Positions 22,195 to 32,723 are shown, counted from the first letter of the stretch. The stretch is 64,000 nt of DNA from Candidatus Bathyarchaeota archaeon (GCA_963775895.1 CAVZKL010000011.1:32001-96000), one strand, 5' to 3'. Numbers and translations are program-made. The notes: a model not told the origin generated them from the letters alone.

Positions 22195-24108
22195 TTATGA
22201 ATTGTGGGCGTCTTTGGGCGTTCTACCCCGATCGACTAGTTCCTTGCTGACCAGTGGGAATCTGTTCATGTCCTTGTGTGGGATGAACAGTGCTTCAGCG
22301 AATTCTCTGCTGAAGTCGGGGGTAGCTGCCAGCTCGAGGTATCGAATCTCTTTTGACAACTGCTCGGCGGTTTTTCTAGTTTCTTTCGAGACCAATGCCA
22401 TCTTCGCGCCTTCCACCGCTGTGTTGCCCACGAATTCTATTCTTTTTGTGGGCACGTCAGGTACCAATCCTAGCAATTTTGCGTTTTGGGGATTGATGTA
22501 GTTGCCGAAGTTTCCAGCGATGAGAATCTTGGCGAGATTTTGTCTCTCAAGGTTTTTGGTTTTCATGAGCAGGGAACAGCCAGTGAATATTGCGGCCTTC
22601 GCGAGCTGTATCTCTCCGATATCCCTCTGCGTGATCACGATCTCTTTTCCGGTTGCGGTCTCACCTGCCCAAGCGACGATAAATTCTGTTTGATTGCCCA
22701 CTTTCTTCAGTCGGCGTGTCTTCACGCGTGGATTGATTCTTCCTTTCGAATCTATTATTTCCAGCTTGAACATTTCAGCGACGAGGTCGATCATTGCTGA
22801 TCCGCAGAGACCCTTCGGTTTGGCATTTCCAATCGTTTTGAACCCAACTTCGAAGTCAGGCTCTAGGTGGACGCTTTCTATGGCTCCGGTTTCCGCTTTC
22901 ATCCCATGCTTGATTCTGGCTCCCTCAAAGGCAGGGCCAGACGCACATGAGCATGTTGCTATGTCTTTGAAGTTGCCAACGAAAACCTCGGTGTTCGTTC
23001 CTATATCTATTAGCATTGATGTCTTTTTCAATCCGTAAAAAGCGGTTGCTATGACATCTGCAACTGCGTCTGCTCCTACGAAGCCAGCGATAATCGGCAG
23101 AAAACTGCAGATACCGTTTGGGTTTATTTCAACCTGAAGCTCTTTTGCACGCACGTCCAAAGAGCTTTTTATCGCGGGCACGTATGGCGACAAGGCTGTG
23201 TATTTCGGCTGAATTCCCAGACATAGATGGTGCATCGCCGTGTTGCCAACCAGAACGGCTTCATAGACTTGATGCACGTCAACCTTGGCCTTTGCGCACG
23301 CTTGTTTTAGGACTTTGTTTATTCCTTCCACGACGGCTTTTCTTAGTGTCTGACGGTTGGTTTCGCTTTCCATCGCGAAGGCGATCCGCGTTACTATGTC
23401 GGCCCCGTATGGCAGTTGAGGATTTTCGATGTAACCCGTGCTGAGAGTCTTTCCTGTTGTCAAGTCCACGAGGTGCCCAACCACTTTTGAGGTGCCAATG
23501 TCAACAGCAAATCCGAACAGCTTGCGTCCAGTGTCACCTGTTTCAACTGCGACGATTCTGTCACTGTCCCAAACTGCGACCGTGACGTCCCAGCCTGCGT
23601 CGCGCAGAATGTCTGGCAACTTCCTCAAAATGTCACATTCTATGGTCAAGTTACTGAGCTTATGCGAGTCTGACAAAGCTTCAAGGAGTCTCTCAAAGTC
23701 AGGCCTTACGTCGGACAGAGAAGGTTCATCCAGTTTAACGTGGAACTTTCTGACCAAGGGGTTCAGAGTTGTTTGTTTTTCCGTGCCGTGCGTCAAGATC
23801 CTTCGCTCGCCGATTCTGGTTTCTTTTGGAATCAGAACGGTGATGTCTTGCTTTGGAAACGTCTGACATGCCAGTCTGTACCCCGACCTCAATTCGCGGG
23901 GTGAAAAATGTTTGCTCTCAGCTTCTTCTGGTTCACCTATCGCATCCTTATTTTGCACGATGACCCTGCACTTTCCGCAAATTCCGTTTCCTCCGCATTC
24001 CGCCCTTAATGCGACACCACCTTCGATAGCTGCGTTTAGAACGTTCGTACCCTGCCTAACGTTTACTTTGCCTCCGACAGGACTAAAAGCAATAGTGATC
24101 GAAGCCAT
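22195..24108 (-). CDS. ASKHA-family reductive activator of corrinoid proteins (RACo/RamA-like) with [2Fe-2S] domain
   Basis: CGGNGICGKC...RLAC, AVDIGTS, GNTAMHH, IDIGTNTE, GPAFEG, GLCGS, QLAKAAI. Confidence 0.92.
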   Translation of the reverse strand: MASITIAFSPVGGKVNVRQGTNVLNAAIEGGVALRAECGGNGICGKCRVIVQNKDAIGEPEEAESKHFSPRELRSGYRLACQTFPKQDITVLIPKETRIGERRILTHGTEKQTTLNPLVRKFHVKLDEPSLSDVRPDFERLLEALSDSHKLSNLTIECDILRKLPDILRDAGWDVTVAVWDSDRIVAVETGDTGRKLFGFAVDIGTSKVVGHLVDLTTGKTLSTGYIENPQLPYGADIVTRIAFAMESETNRQTLRKAVVEGINKVLKQACAKAKVDVHQVYEAVLVGNTAMHHLCLGIQPKYTALSPYVPAIKSSLDVRAKELQVEINPNGICSFLPIIAGFVGADAVADVIATAFYGLKKTSMLIDIGTNTEVFVGNFKDIATCSCASGPAFEGARIKHGMKAETGAIESVHLEPDFEVGFKTIGNAKPKGLCGSAMIDLVAEMFKLEIIDSKGRINPRVKTRRLKKVGNQTEFIVAWAGETATGKEIVITQRDIGEIQLAKAAIFTGCSLLMKTKNLERQNLAKILIAGNFGNYINPQNAKLLGLVPDVPTKRIEFVGNTAVEGAKMALVSKETRKTAEQLSKEIRYLELAATPDFSREFAEALFIPHKDMNRFPLVSKELVDRGRTPKDAHNS

Positions 24109-24438
24109 AGTTCATTGGGCCCTCAAATTCGACTCGATTCGCCAAGGCATGCGCGCCTGCCTCTTTTGTCTTAGGTTCAGGTTTAATTAGTTTTCTCAGC
24201 AGTTTCTCCTTGTTAGCGCGCGCTCGACCTTACCTATGTTTGAAGTAAATAACTATATTAGAATACATGTCCATCGCAACAGGCACGTTGGATCATAAAC
24301 ACAACTACGGTATTGCGTGTATCTGCGCGCACTGGATACGAGGACTCTTGATGAGCGTTAAACGATATATAGGTGAAGCCCTGAAATCGAAGAGCAGCGA
24401 CATTGACTCGCAAGAGCGTCGAGCTTGGCTGTGAAGGT

Positions 24439-25509
24439 ATGAGTAAGGCTGTTCTTTACCAGGAACCAGGCGGACCGTCATATGAAGTCGATCTACCTCT
24501 GACATCTTTCGTAGATGTGGATGGCATAATGAAGGAACTTGGCTTGCCATCATACGTCGACTTAGACTATTTTCCGATGCGAAGCGCTATCGTGACAATC
24601 TGGGCTTGCCAGAAAGCACCCGAACTCCACAGACTGTATCCTACGGTGTATGAAAAAGAAGTTGACAAAAAAACCATTCCAGCATTGCTTTTCGGCGGGG
24701 CCGCAATGAAGGTTTGCTGCGAACATTCTAATGGGAAAGGAGCCCTTTCGAGGTCAATAAAAGATGTCGACTTCATAGTTCCTAAGAATCAAGGTTCCAA
24801 TTTCTCCAGACTGCTCTTGGGCATGAAGAATGCCTTCGGAACGGAGTTCACATATTTCAAGACCAAGGGAGATGCACTCTTCATCGCCATGCGACAAGGT
24901 GAAAGATACAGAGTTAGAACAATAAACGGCCTCACCCCCAATGGACTTCCAACCGTCACGGTTCTCGACATTTTTTGCGATTCCATAGATTTGCGTCATA
25001 AAATAGAAGTGAAGGACAGCTTCGAGCACAGCCGGGAGAATTTATACACCATAGGCTTAGAATATCTCATACTCTCGAAATCACAGTTCATTATGGACGC
25101 CTCCAAGAGCGATGTTGCCGCTTTGCTTGAAGAACGTGGACAAGGGTTTAGAATTCTGCCATGTCCGTGGTATGCTTCGGACAGGATCGTCTTAGGTATG
25201 GAAGAGAAAGATATCAAAGATGTCTGCTCAATTTTCGTTGATCATGCTGTAGGGGAAGGAAAGGGAGAAATCAGCCAGAGTAAGATACGCAAAGTTCTGG
25301 ACAAGAACAAGAAGCTTCTCTTGACGATTACTCTTAACCTTCAAAATATGGCGGCAAGAACTGAGCTGCTTGGGAAGTGGTTGGCAGCTGCGGATACTAC
25401 GAAGGTTGTGGATAGGATTAATTCCCTCTTGGCAGGATTGCCTAAGGTTGATAAGAAATGGGACAAGCCTTGGTGGAACACCGCTGTAGAAACTCCACTA
25501 ATCGGGTAG
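24439..25509 (+). CDS. uncharacterised nucleotidyltransferase-fold protein (paralogue 1)
   Basis: LLFGGAA...RSIKDVDF, LDIFCD, LSKSQ, KDIKD; pattern of the AbiEii/DUF1814-like NTase motifs. Confidence 0.7.
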   Translation: MSKAVLYQEPGGPSYEVDLPLTSFVDVDGIMKELGLPSYVDLDYFPMRSAIVTIWACQKAPELHRLYPTVYEKEVDKKTIPALLFGGAAMKVCCEHSNGKGALSRSIKDVDFIVPKNQGSNFSRLLLGMKNAFGTEFTYFKTKGDALFIAMRQGERYRVRTINGLTPNGLPTVTVLDIFCDSIDLRHKIEVKDSFEHSRENLYTIGLEYLILSKSQFIMDASKSDVAALLEERGQGFRILPCPWYASDRIVLGMEEKDIKDVCSIFVDHAVGEGKGEISQSKIRKVLDKNKKLLLTITLNLQNMAARTELLGKWLAAADTTKVVDRINSLLAGLPKVDKKWDKPWWNTAVETPLIG

Positions 25510-25513
25510 CTGC

Positions 25514-26400
25514 CTATTTCTTCACGAATTGTTTGACTGCCTCGTATGCTTCTCTTCTTGACACGCCTGCTCTTGATAGGGGCAGATCAAATGTCTCGTC
25601 TTTTGAGTGTAGTCTTAGGCAAGTTTCATGCTTCGGCGTAATGTAGATCGTTACGTCCGAGTAATTTGACCATTTGCGTTCCTTCACTTTCGTTCCTTCC
25701 TTAACCTGGAAGCCTTTGCTGGTCAACGTCAAGGTGGTATGGAAGCGTGACTTGTAGATCTGGTAGGCGATTATGAGGCAAAAGCTGGCCATGAACAAGA
25801 CCGTAATGGGGTTGAGAGCTTGGGGCAATCCGGACAACCCGATCACCAATAACGCTATGAACCCGAAGAAGAGTACAATCGTGAAGCTCTTCAGATAACT
25901 GATGAGATCGAAGACCTCAAACTGCGCCTCGTTCAGCTTCAGGTGCTTAGCGAGACCTTTTCCCAGCACATTGTCGGAGAAAATCTTGTCTTTTGAAGCA
26001 AGACTGAAAGCTGCAATGCCTATGTTCTTTTCGGTGAGGCCCGTAACTGTCTCCTTCATTTTGCCCTCGAAAGGTTGGCTCTGAACCAGACCCAAAAACA
26101 CCCAGTCGTCTTGCCGAATTTGCTCTTGAGCATAAGAATGATTTTCCTCAAAAACTTTGGATCTATATCTGGGTTCGTGTAAAGCAGAAAATGGATGTTA
26201 TATTTGGGTGTTACGAAGACTGAGTATATTCTTGATAGAAAAAACCCTTTCTCTCGCAGGCTTCCTGTGGCATATAAGGGAAAAACCGTGTCACCCATTG
26301 CATAGTCTCTGTGGATCTCGTCGAAGTTAGCCAGCCATCTTAGGCTACCCTTAGCTAACTGCTCCTCAACCATGTCTTCAATGAAGTCTAGTTCAAGCAT
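25514..26400 (-). CDS. hypothetical membrane protein: soluble N-domain, 2 TM, PH-like C-domain (frameshift near 26105)
   Basis: ORFs 26056-26400 and 25514-26101 join as ...KSKFGKDDWVFLGLVQ...; TM pair followed by beta-rich LTLTSKGFQVK...RKWSNYSDV. Confidence 0.7.
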
Positions 26401-26469
26401 TCTGGATACACCGAGTTTTCAATGTCAATAGGCAATGTTAACAAATAAAAAGGGGGAGGATATTTAAGG

Positions 26470-28185
26470 CTATTCTGGTGGAATGTTTAGGTAGAGCGTA
26501 TGCATGTCGACGCCTTTTGTCGTGTTGCGGTACATGTGGTAGATATACAACAGTAGCCCAGCAAAGATGAAGATGAAGAAGCCTGCCGCGCTTGCCACAT
26601 CGCCAGAGCTAGCGCCAGATGTAAACAGTGTCCACACCCATGGATTTGCCTTCGCGATGGTGTACAGAGTGAAGCCTGATCCCAGTGTTGCCAAGAATCC
26701 AATGCCGACGACAGTGCCCACCGAATGTTTGACAGCGGCTCTATCATAGATTTCACGTCTCTCCAATGGCAGCAGCATGCAGGACACGCAGAACATTGTC
26801 AAGAACATCGCGTCGAACAGGTCCGTTCCGCCCACTCCAGCAAATCCCATATAGTAGTCTAGTCTAAGATAGCCTGCTTCGACTCCGCACGCAGGGACTG
26901 CGAAGAGCGCAGTTATTATTATTGCCCAAACTGGTGAGTGCCATCTTTCGCTGACGTAGGAAAACCTTTCAGGCATCATTCGGTCAAATGACATGGCAAA
27001 GAAGGTTCTTGAAGCGACAAGAAGGAACGGTGGAATGTCGTTTGCGACCCAGAGCACGCCGCCTATTGCGACGACGTATGAAAGAATTCCAACGTTCATG
27101 CCCCTTGCGATCATCGAGGCTATTCCTGTGCTCCATGCGCTCTGGAAGTTAGGAATAGCTGCCCTTGCTGCGGCTATGGTCATAGTCGCTCCTGCCGGCA
27201 ATGTTGAAGGTGGATAACTGAGCCAAGCGTAGGCTTGGAAAAAGCTCCATTGATGTCCCGAAGCATCTATGTATTGACCTACGTTCATAGCAGATATCGC
27301 GGAGAGTGATGAAGCAGCAAGATAGGTTACCATCACTATTAGTCCTGAAGTCACCAGTATCATTGGAAGTCTCTTGTTTGCTTCTTTGACTTCGCCTGCA
27401 ATAAACGTCGTGGCATACCATCCCATGTATGCCCAGAAGGCTCCTAAAACAGCGACCGTGAAAGCGTCGAAGAATCCAGACGGGTTCAGTGTCATTCCGG
27501 TTCGCACTGCCAGAGCAGTGATTTGGTCTGGCGTCGCTCCCATCACTTGCTGAACTCCAGTCACAACAGCACTCGGGTTCAATGCGCCTCCAATCCACAT
27601 TGCAAAGAATACGAATGTCAACGCTGCCGGAATGTAGAACAACGCTTCGAGCAGTCTACCGTACAGTTTTGTGCCTAAGAGACCGAGAATTGCGAATATC
27701 CACACTATTGCAATACCGCCCCAGAAGAGTTCAGTTGAGCCGAAGCTTATCCCGTTTGGTGCCATTGCTATTCCAAAGAAGATCGAGATTCCTTCGAAGA
27801 CTGCGACGCCGATGAGTCCATAGGAGAACGCTTCTGCGAGGAACATCATCCATCCTGACATGTAGCCAACGACAGGGTGAATGACCCTTGAAATGGTGAC
27901 GTAGCCACCGCCAGATCTTGGCATAGCAGCCGTGACATAGCCAGCAGCGTAGCCTGTGATGAGCACTACGAGGCCACAAACTAGGAACGCCCAGAATATC
28001 GCGGGTAGACCGAGCGGCATCATATCTGTAGGCATTGGACTTGGTCCGGTGAACTGGAAAGCTCTTTTTTGCCAGCCTAAGCCGATGACGTGGGTCAGGA
28101 TTATGATTACGCCCAAACTAAAGCCGATTTCTCTTACGAGACCAGTTGCTTCTCTTGTAAAAAGTCCGGGTTTTGTCGATGCCAT
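26470..28185 (-). CDS. APC-superfamily permease
   Basis: LFTREATGLVREI N-terminus, AMPRSGGGY, SRTFFAMSFDRMMP, about 12 TM helices. Confidence 0.9.
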   Translation of the reverse strand: MASTKPGLFTREATGLVREIGFSLGVIIILTHVIGLGWQKRAFQFTGPSPMPTDMMPLGLPAIFWAFLVCGLVVLITGYAAGYVTAAMPRSGGGYVTISRVIHPVVGYMSGWMMFLAEAFSYGLIGVAVFEGISIFFGIAMAPNGISFGSTELFWGGIAIVWIFAILGLLGTKLYGRLLEALFYIPAALTFVFFAMWIGGALNPSAVVTGVQQVMGATPDQITALAVRTGMTLNPSGFFDAFTVAVLGAFWAYMGWYATTFIAGEVKEANKRLPMILVTSGLIVMVTYLAASSLSAISAMNVGQYIDASGHQWSFFQAYAWLSYPPSTLPAGATMTIAAARAAIPNFQSAWSTGIASMIARGMNVGILSYVVAIGGVLWVANDIPPFLLVASRTFFAMSFDRMMPERFSYVSERWHSPVWAIIITALFAVPACGVEAGYLRLDYYMGFAGVGGTDLFDAMFLTMFCVSCMLLPLERREIYDRAAVKHSVGTVVGIGFLATLGSGFTLYTIAKANPWVWTLFTSGASSGDVASAAGFFIFIFAGLLLYIYHMYRNTTKGVDMHTLYLNIPPE

Positions 28186-28305
28186 CTAGCATTACACCCA
28201 GTCTCAAATGTCTTAGCGCTAACAAGATTTAAAACTTTGCATGACGGCACATCTCTTAAATAGCTGCAACGACAAAAAAGCACAGGAATTAATGGTGAAC
28301 ATGCT

Positions 28306-29280
28306 TTGAGTTTTCTGTTTGGAAAGAAAAAGGAAGGCACGACCAAAATTCTCTTCGCGACGGACATGCATGGATCCGAAGGAACTTGGCGGAAGTTTCT
28401 GAACGCTTCAACCATACTTAAGGTCGATTATGCCATTTGCGGCGGAGACCTGACAGGAAAGATGATAGTTCCAATTGTCGAGGGAAAGGATGGGAAATAT
28501 GTTTATTATCTGATGGGCAAGACGCATACCGTTGACTCAGGCGGTCTAGAGAAAGCTTACAAGGATGTCAGAGGGATAGGATACTACCCCTACAAGACTG
28601 ATGAAAAAGAATACGTAGAGATGACTGACAATCCCAAGAGAGTGGATGAGGTTTTCCACGAAGTCATGCTTTCGACCATAAATCGGTGGCTTGACCTTAT
28701 TCCCGAGAAAGTCCCACGCGAAACAAAAGTCGTTGTTTGTCCCGGAAATGATGATAGATTTGATATTGACCAACTGATTGATAGTCACGAGAGCGTGATC
28801 AACGGTGAGAGCAAAGTAATACAGATAGATGATACACATGAGATGGTAAGCTGTGGATGGGTGAACCCCAGTCCATGGAAGACAGCTCGCGAAGAAGAAG
28901 AGGACAAGCTTGAGCAACGTCTGGAGAAATACGTTTCCCAGTTGAAAAACGTGAAAACAGCGATATTCAACTTTCATGCTCCACCCTTCGAATCGAAACT
29001 AGATCAAGCACCTCTTCTCGACAACGAATTGAACCCGATTGTCCAAGGTGGAGCCGTGGTCATGGTTCCGGTCGGCTCCAAAGCTGTGAGGAAAATGATT
29101 GAAAAGTACCAACCTTTCCTGGGTTTGCATGGGCATATACATGAATCTTCAGGGTCAATGAAAATTGGCAAAACGCATTGCGTCAACCCTGGTAGCGAGT
29201 ATGCTGAAGGGATCATAAGGGCCTTCTTGATCGAGTTTCAAGGTGAGAAAATAATCAAACTTCAGAGGATGGAAGGCTGA
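28306..29280 (+). CDS. calcineurin-like metallophosphoesterase (Icc-related)
   Basis: TDMHG, GGDLTGK, PGNDD, FHAPP, LHGHIHE, NPGSEY. Confidence 0.9.
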   Translation: MSFLFGKKKEGTTKILFATDMHGSEGTWRKFLNASTILKVDYAICGGDLTGKMIVPIVEGKDGKYVYYLMGKTHTVDSGGLEKAYKDVRGIGYYPYKTDEKEYVEMTDNPKRVDEVFHEVMLSTINRWLDLIPEKVPRETKVVVCPGNDDRFDIDQLIDSHESVINGESKVIQIDDTHEMVSCGWVNPSPWKTAREEEEDKLEQRLEKYVSQLKNVKTAIFNFHAPPFESKLDQAPLLDNELNPIVQGGAVVMVPVGSKAVRKMIEKYQPFLGLHGHIHESSGSMKIGKTHCVNPGSEYAEGIIRAFLIEFQGEKIIKLQRMEG

Positions 29281-29293
29281 GAGATAGTTATCC

Positions 29294-30199
29294 ATGGCTT
29301 GGATGTGTGACAAAGAAATCAAAAGAGAACTGCCTGAAGAATGGAACGATATAGTTCCGACCAATGTTTTCATCCAGGAATCCGAAAGACTAGTTGAACA
29401 TGCCAAGGAGAAAGGTATAACTTTAAGGGTCGTGGGCGGTCTAGGCATAGCGATAAAATGCAAAGACTTCAGGGATTTTGGGGCAAGGCTTGGAAGAGTG
29501 GGAACAGGCACCACGCAACAGGAATACAGTGACATAGACTTGGTTTCGTATAGGAAGCACAGAGATCAGGTCAAGTCCTTGTTTAATGAGATGGGATATG
29601 GAAAGCGAAGAGCGACACTCTCATCTGCAGCATCTGAAAGGCAAATCTACTACCATCCGAAAGGCTGGTTCTGCGTGGACGTTTTCTTTGATAAGCTGAT
29701 AGTTGCAAACCACCCAATAGACTTCGTTGGGCGCCTCGAGCTAGACTATCCGACGATTACAGCAACCGATGCTCTTCTTGAAAAAATTCAGATGTGGGAG
29801 GCCTTCAGCGCCAAGGACCTTAAGGATTGTCTGCTTCTGCTCAAGTCATGCCAAGTCAAAGAAGAAAAAGGCATCGACGTGAATTACGTTGCGAAACTGC
29901 TTTCTTCAGATTGGGGGTTCTGGTTCACCGCGACGAGTAACCTCAAGAAAATTCAGAGATTTGTCTCTGAACTGGAAAACTTTGGCGCTGAAGCGGGGAT
30001 AGATCCTGGAAAGATTTCGAGTGACGATAGAAAAGAGATCGGGGGTAAGGTTGAAGAGCTTTTGAAAGCAATTGAAGAAGAGCCGAAGTCTTTCGGGTGG
30101 AAAATGAGGGCTAAGGTAGGTACAAACAGGAGATGGTACAACCCTGTTGAAAGACCTGATACTGTTGGTGGCTTCGGAATTTGGGAAGCTATCAAATGA
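29294..30199 (+). CDS. uncharacterised nucleotidyltransferase-fold protein (paralogue 2)
   Basis: RVVGGLG...YSDIDL, VDVFFD, LEKIQ, KDLKD, DWGFW; same motif order as 24439-25509. Confidence 0.72.
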   Translation: MAWMCDKEIKRELPEEWNDIVPTNVFIQESERLVEHAKEKGITLRVVGGLGIAIKCKDFRDFGARLGRVGTGTTQQEYSDIDLVSYRKHRDQVKSLFNEMGYGKRRATLSSAASERQIYYHPKGWFCVDVFFDKLIVANHPIDFVGRLELDYPTITATDALLEKIQMWEAFSAKDLKDCLLLLKSCQVKEEKGIDVNYVAKLLSSDWGFWFTATSNLKKIQRFVSELENFGAEAGIDPGKISSDDRKEIGGKVEELLKAIEEEPKSFGWKMRAKVGTNRRWYNPVERPDTVGGFGIWEAIK

Positions 30200-30272
30200 A
30201 ATCTGGCGCGCGCAGTGTGGGAAAAGCACTTTAGCCAAATCAGACGAGAATAGTCGCTGGGAGTAGACTCCC

Positions 30273-31250
30273 TTGTTTGAAGATCCGCTAATCAACGTAC
30301 TAATCCTCATCGTTTCTTTGGTGGTTTTGGATCGGGCGAGCGACCTGACGATTACCAACGCCGTGAAGATTTCGGATGCAACAGGATATGGAAAGACAAA
30401 AATAGGGTTTGTCCTTGTTGCTTTTTGCTCATCCCTGCCTGCACTTTCCGTGTCGATCATTGCCTCTCTGACAGGAAGGCTCGACGTAGCCGTCGGGAAC
30501 GCTGTTGGGTCAGACCTAGCGAACATATCACTGATACTCGGTTTCTGCCTTATCCTGACGGCTCTCAGAAAGTTAGAAAAGACGCGACCTCTCAGTTTCA
30601 TGTCTCGGGAAGAGCTCCTGAGTTTGTATTTTGGTCTATTCGTGGGATCGGTTGTCCCTCTGACCCTCATCTACATGGGATTTGCAAACAGGCTCGTGGG
30701 TGTATTCTTGCTTGCAGTTTTCCTTGCCTACACTTACCAACTTCTCGCGCGGAAAAATGTTCGTGAAAAACAGCTTTCGGAAGCTGAACCTAAATCGGAC
30801 ACGCGCAAATCCACGTTTTTGGCGATCTTGAGCGGAATTTTCATAGTTGTGGCTGCTTATTTCATGGTTGACTCTGCCTCGGCCATAGCGGAATACGTGC
30901 ACATAAACCGAGTCATAATAGGCGGCACTATCGTGGCCTTTGGCACAAGCGTGTCAGTGTTGTTGGCAAGCGTCCGAGCTGTCCTGAGAGGACATCCTGA
31001 TGTATCGTTGGGAAACATTGTCGGAACGCTTTTCATGAACACGGCTCTCATTCTGGGCGTCTCGTTTGCAGTTTGGGAGTCAAACGCCGACATGACTGCC
31101 TACTCTAACCTTTTCATGTTCTCCGTCATAGCCAACATGTTCGTATGGTTCTTCTTGTCCCGTGAAAAGCTGGGCTGGAAGGAAGGAGTGGTTCTAGTCC
31201 TAATGTACGCTGTTTTCTTAGTAATGAGCTTTGGCGGCTACAGGCCCTGA
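30273..31250 (+). CDS. Na+/Ca2+ antiporter family (YrbG-like)
   Basis: Two alpha repeats: AFCSSLP...AVGNAVGSDLAN and AFGTSV...SLGNIVGTLFMN. Confidence 0.85.
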   Translation: MFEDPLINVLILIVSLVVLDRASDLTITNAVKISDATGYGKTKIGFVLVAFCSSLPALSVSIIASLTGRLDVAVGNAVGSDLANISLILGFCLILTALRKLEKTRPLSFMSREELLSLYFGLFVGSVVPLTLIYMGFANRLVGVFLLAVFLAYTYQLLARKNVREKQLSEAEPKSDTRKSTFLAILSGIFIVVAAYFMVDSASAIAEYVHINRVIIGGTIVAFGTSVSVLLASVRAVLRGHPDVSLGNIVGTLFMNTALILGVSFAVWESNADMTAYSNLFMFSVIANMFVWFFLSREKLGWKEGVVLVLMYAVFLVMSFGGYRP

Positions 31251-31393
31251 AATGCGCTTAGCGCGCGCGAGAGAGCACAGATTTGTACTTTCTGCAAGCA
31301 TTATCATAGGTCCTCAGATGGTAGCATGCGCAGTCCCTTGAATTATTCGAGTGCTGTCCAAGGGCTTTTCTTCTGACGAGTCTGCCCAATGCG

Positions 31394-31636
31394 CTACTTT
31401 CCTCTTAGAAGGAATAATACTACCAAGATAACTGCGGTCACTGCAATGGGGAGCAGCGCCGCAATGCGCATGTTTCTTTGTCTCTTCTGCATTCTTGCAT
31501 AATCATCTTTGCACTTGTCGCTGCAGAGCAGCTGAGTTTCAGGTATTGCCGCACCGCACATCATGCAGTGTGAGTGTTTCGGAATGTCGCTCGCTCGCTT
31601 TCGGACTGCCAATTTGACATTCTCCCAGTCATGCAA
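31394..31636 (-). CDS. DUF2116-like Zn-ribbon membrane protein
   Basis: HSHCMMCGAAIP....CSDKC plus C-terminal TM helix. Confidence 0.75.
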   Translation of the reverse strand: MHDWENVKLAVRKRASDIPKHSHCMMCGAAIPETQLLCSDKCKDDYARMQKRQRNMRIAALLPIAVTAVILVVLFLLRGK

Positions 31637-31719
31637 CTTTTATCGTTCGTGGGGGCTTAAACGTTTGCTTTGTTATCCCAGGCGGGAAGTATTAAAAGCT
31701 GATTGGAACAAGTACGAGT

Positions 31720-32223
31720 ATGCTAGAATACGAATCTTTCTGCGTTTACGGGTTCAACACTGCGTATCCATCTACTTGGAAAGTTGAGTTTGATCCAAAG
31801 TCCGACCGGACGATGGGTAACGTTGCATTCAAGTCTCCCGAGAGGAACAATATTGTCTTAAGTTGGGGTCCTCTTGAAAGAGCCAAGAAAAAATACTCTT
31901 CCGTTGAGGAGCACGCCGAAGACTCCATTAAAGGAGTTAGGAAAAACCCGAGTGTAGCAAGAGTGGAGATCATTCAAAAGAAAGAATTAGATATACCGCC
32001 ACACAAGGCGATCTATTCCATTCTCAGAGTGGTCTTCGCATCCCCTAGCATGATACCGTTTAAGAAGGGAAAGGAAGATGTGTTGGAGATGCGATCAATC
32101 CATGTTCACTGCGAAGTTTCAGACCGCTACTACGTGATCTTTGGACAGATCGCCACGAGCAAATCTGAGGAACATGGAGAAATTTTCAGCAAAATCACGG
32201 AATCCTTCAAATGCCACAGCTAA
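31720..32223 (+). CDS. hypothetical protein (possible PsbP/DcrB-like fold)
   Basis: YPSTW near N-terminus and ITESF at C-terminus resemble this fold; TATA-like TATTAAAA upstream. Confidence 0.55.
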   Translation: MLEYESFCVYGFNTAYPSTWKVEFDPKSDRTMGNVAFKSPERNNIVLSWGPLERAKKKYSSVEEHAEDSIKGVRKNPSVARVEIIQKKELDIPPHKAIYSILRVVFASPSMIPFKKGKEDVLEMRSIHVHCEVSDRYYVIFGQIATSKSEEHGEIFSKITESFKCHS

Positions 32224-32439
32224 CGTCGCGCCCTACGGTCCTCGTCTCATCTGAAAGGTGAAACGACCTAGTATGAAAATCCGCGCTCTGCAGGAAGGAC
32301 TCAGTTCTGTTTTGGCGTGCGTGTGTTCTATTCTATACCTCTAATCAGAGATCCTGGTACTTTATTTGAAGAATTGAAACATTGAAGCGAACGCGTTAGC
32401 TTTTTATCCAACCTTCACCATGTCCTTTCTTTCTTATAT

Positions 32440-32720
32440 GTGGAAAATGATACAATGGTCAAGGTTCTTTTTGACGTAAACGACAAAGACTGCATTGGCT
32501 GCGGCAACTGCGTTGTCGTGTGCAGAGCTCAATCCTACCTGCCTGAGACTATAGGAGGAAAGGGACCGGAGAAAATTGACGAAGTAGTATTTCGAGTGGA
32601 GGACGGAAAAGTGAAGGTGGTGAAGAAAGAGCTTTGCGAGCGATTCCAAGGCAAGGCTGCAGGGTCTGCATTGAATCCTGCCCCTTCGGATGCATCAAGA
32701 TAGAAAACTTGGAAGAATGA
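32440..32720 (+). CDS. small 2x[4Fe-4S] ferredoxin, FwdH/G-like (frameshift near 32655)
   Basis: CIGCGNCVVVC; shifted frame gives GCRVCIESCPFGCIKIE* ending just before the fwdA-like gene. Confidence 0.75.
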
Positions 32721-32723
32721 TCA

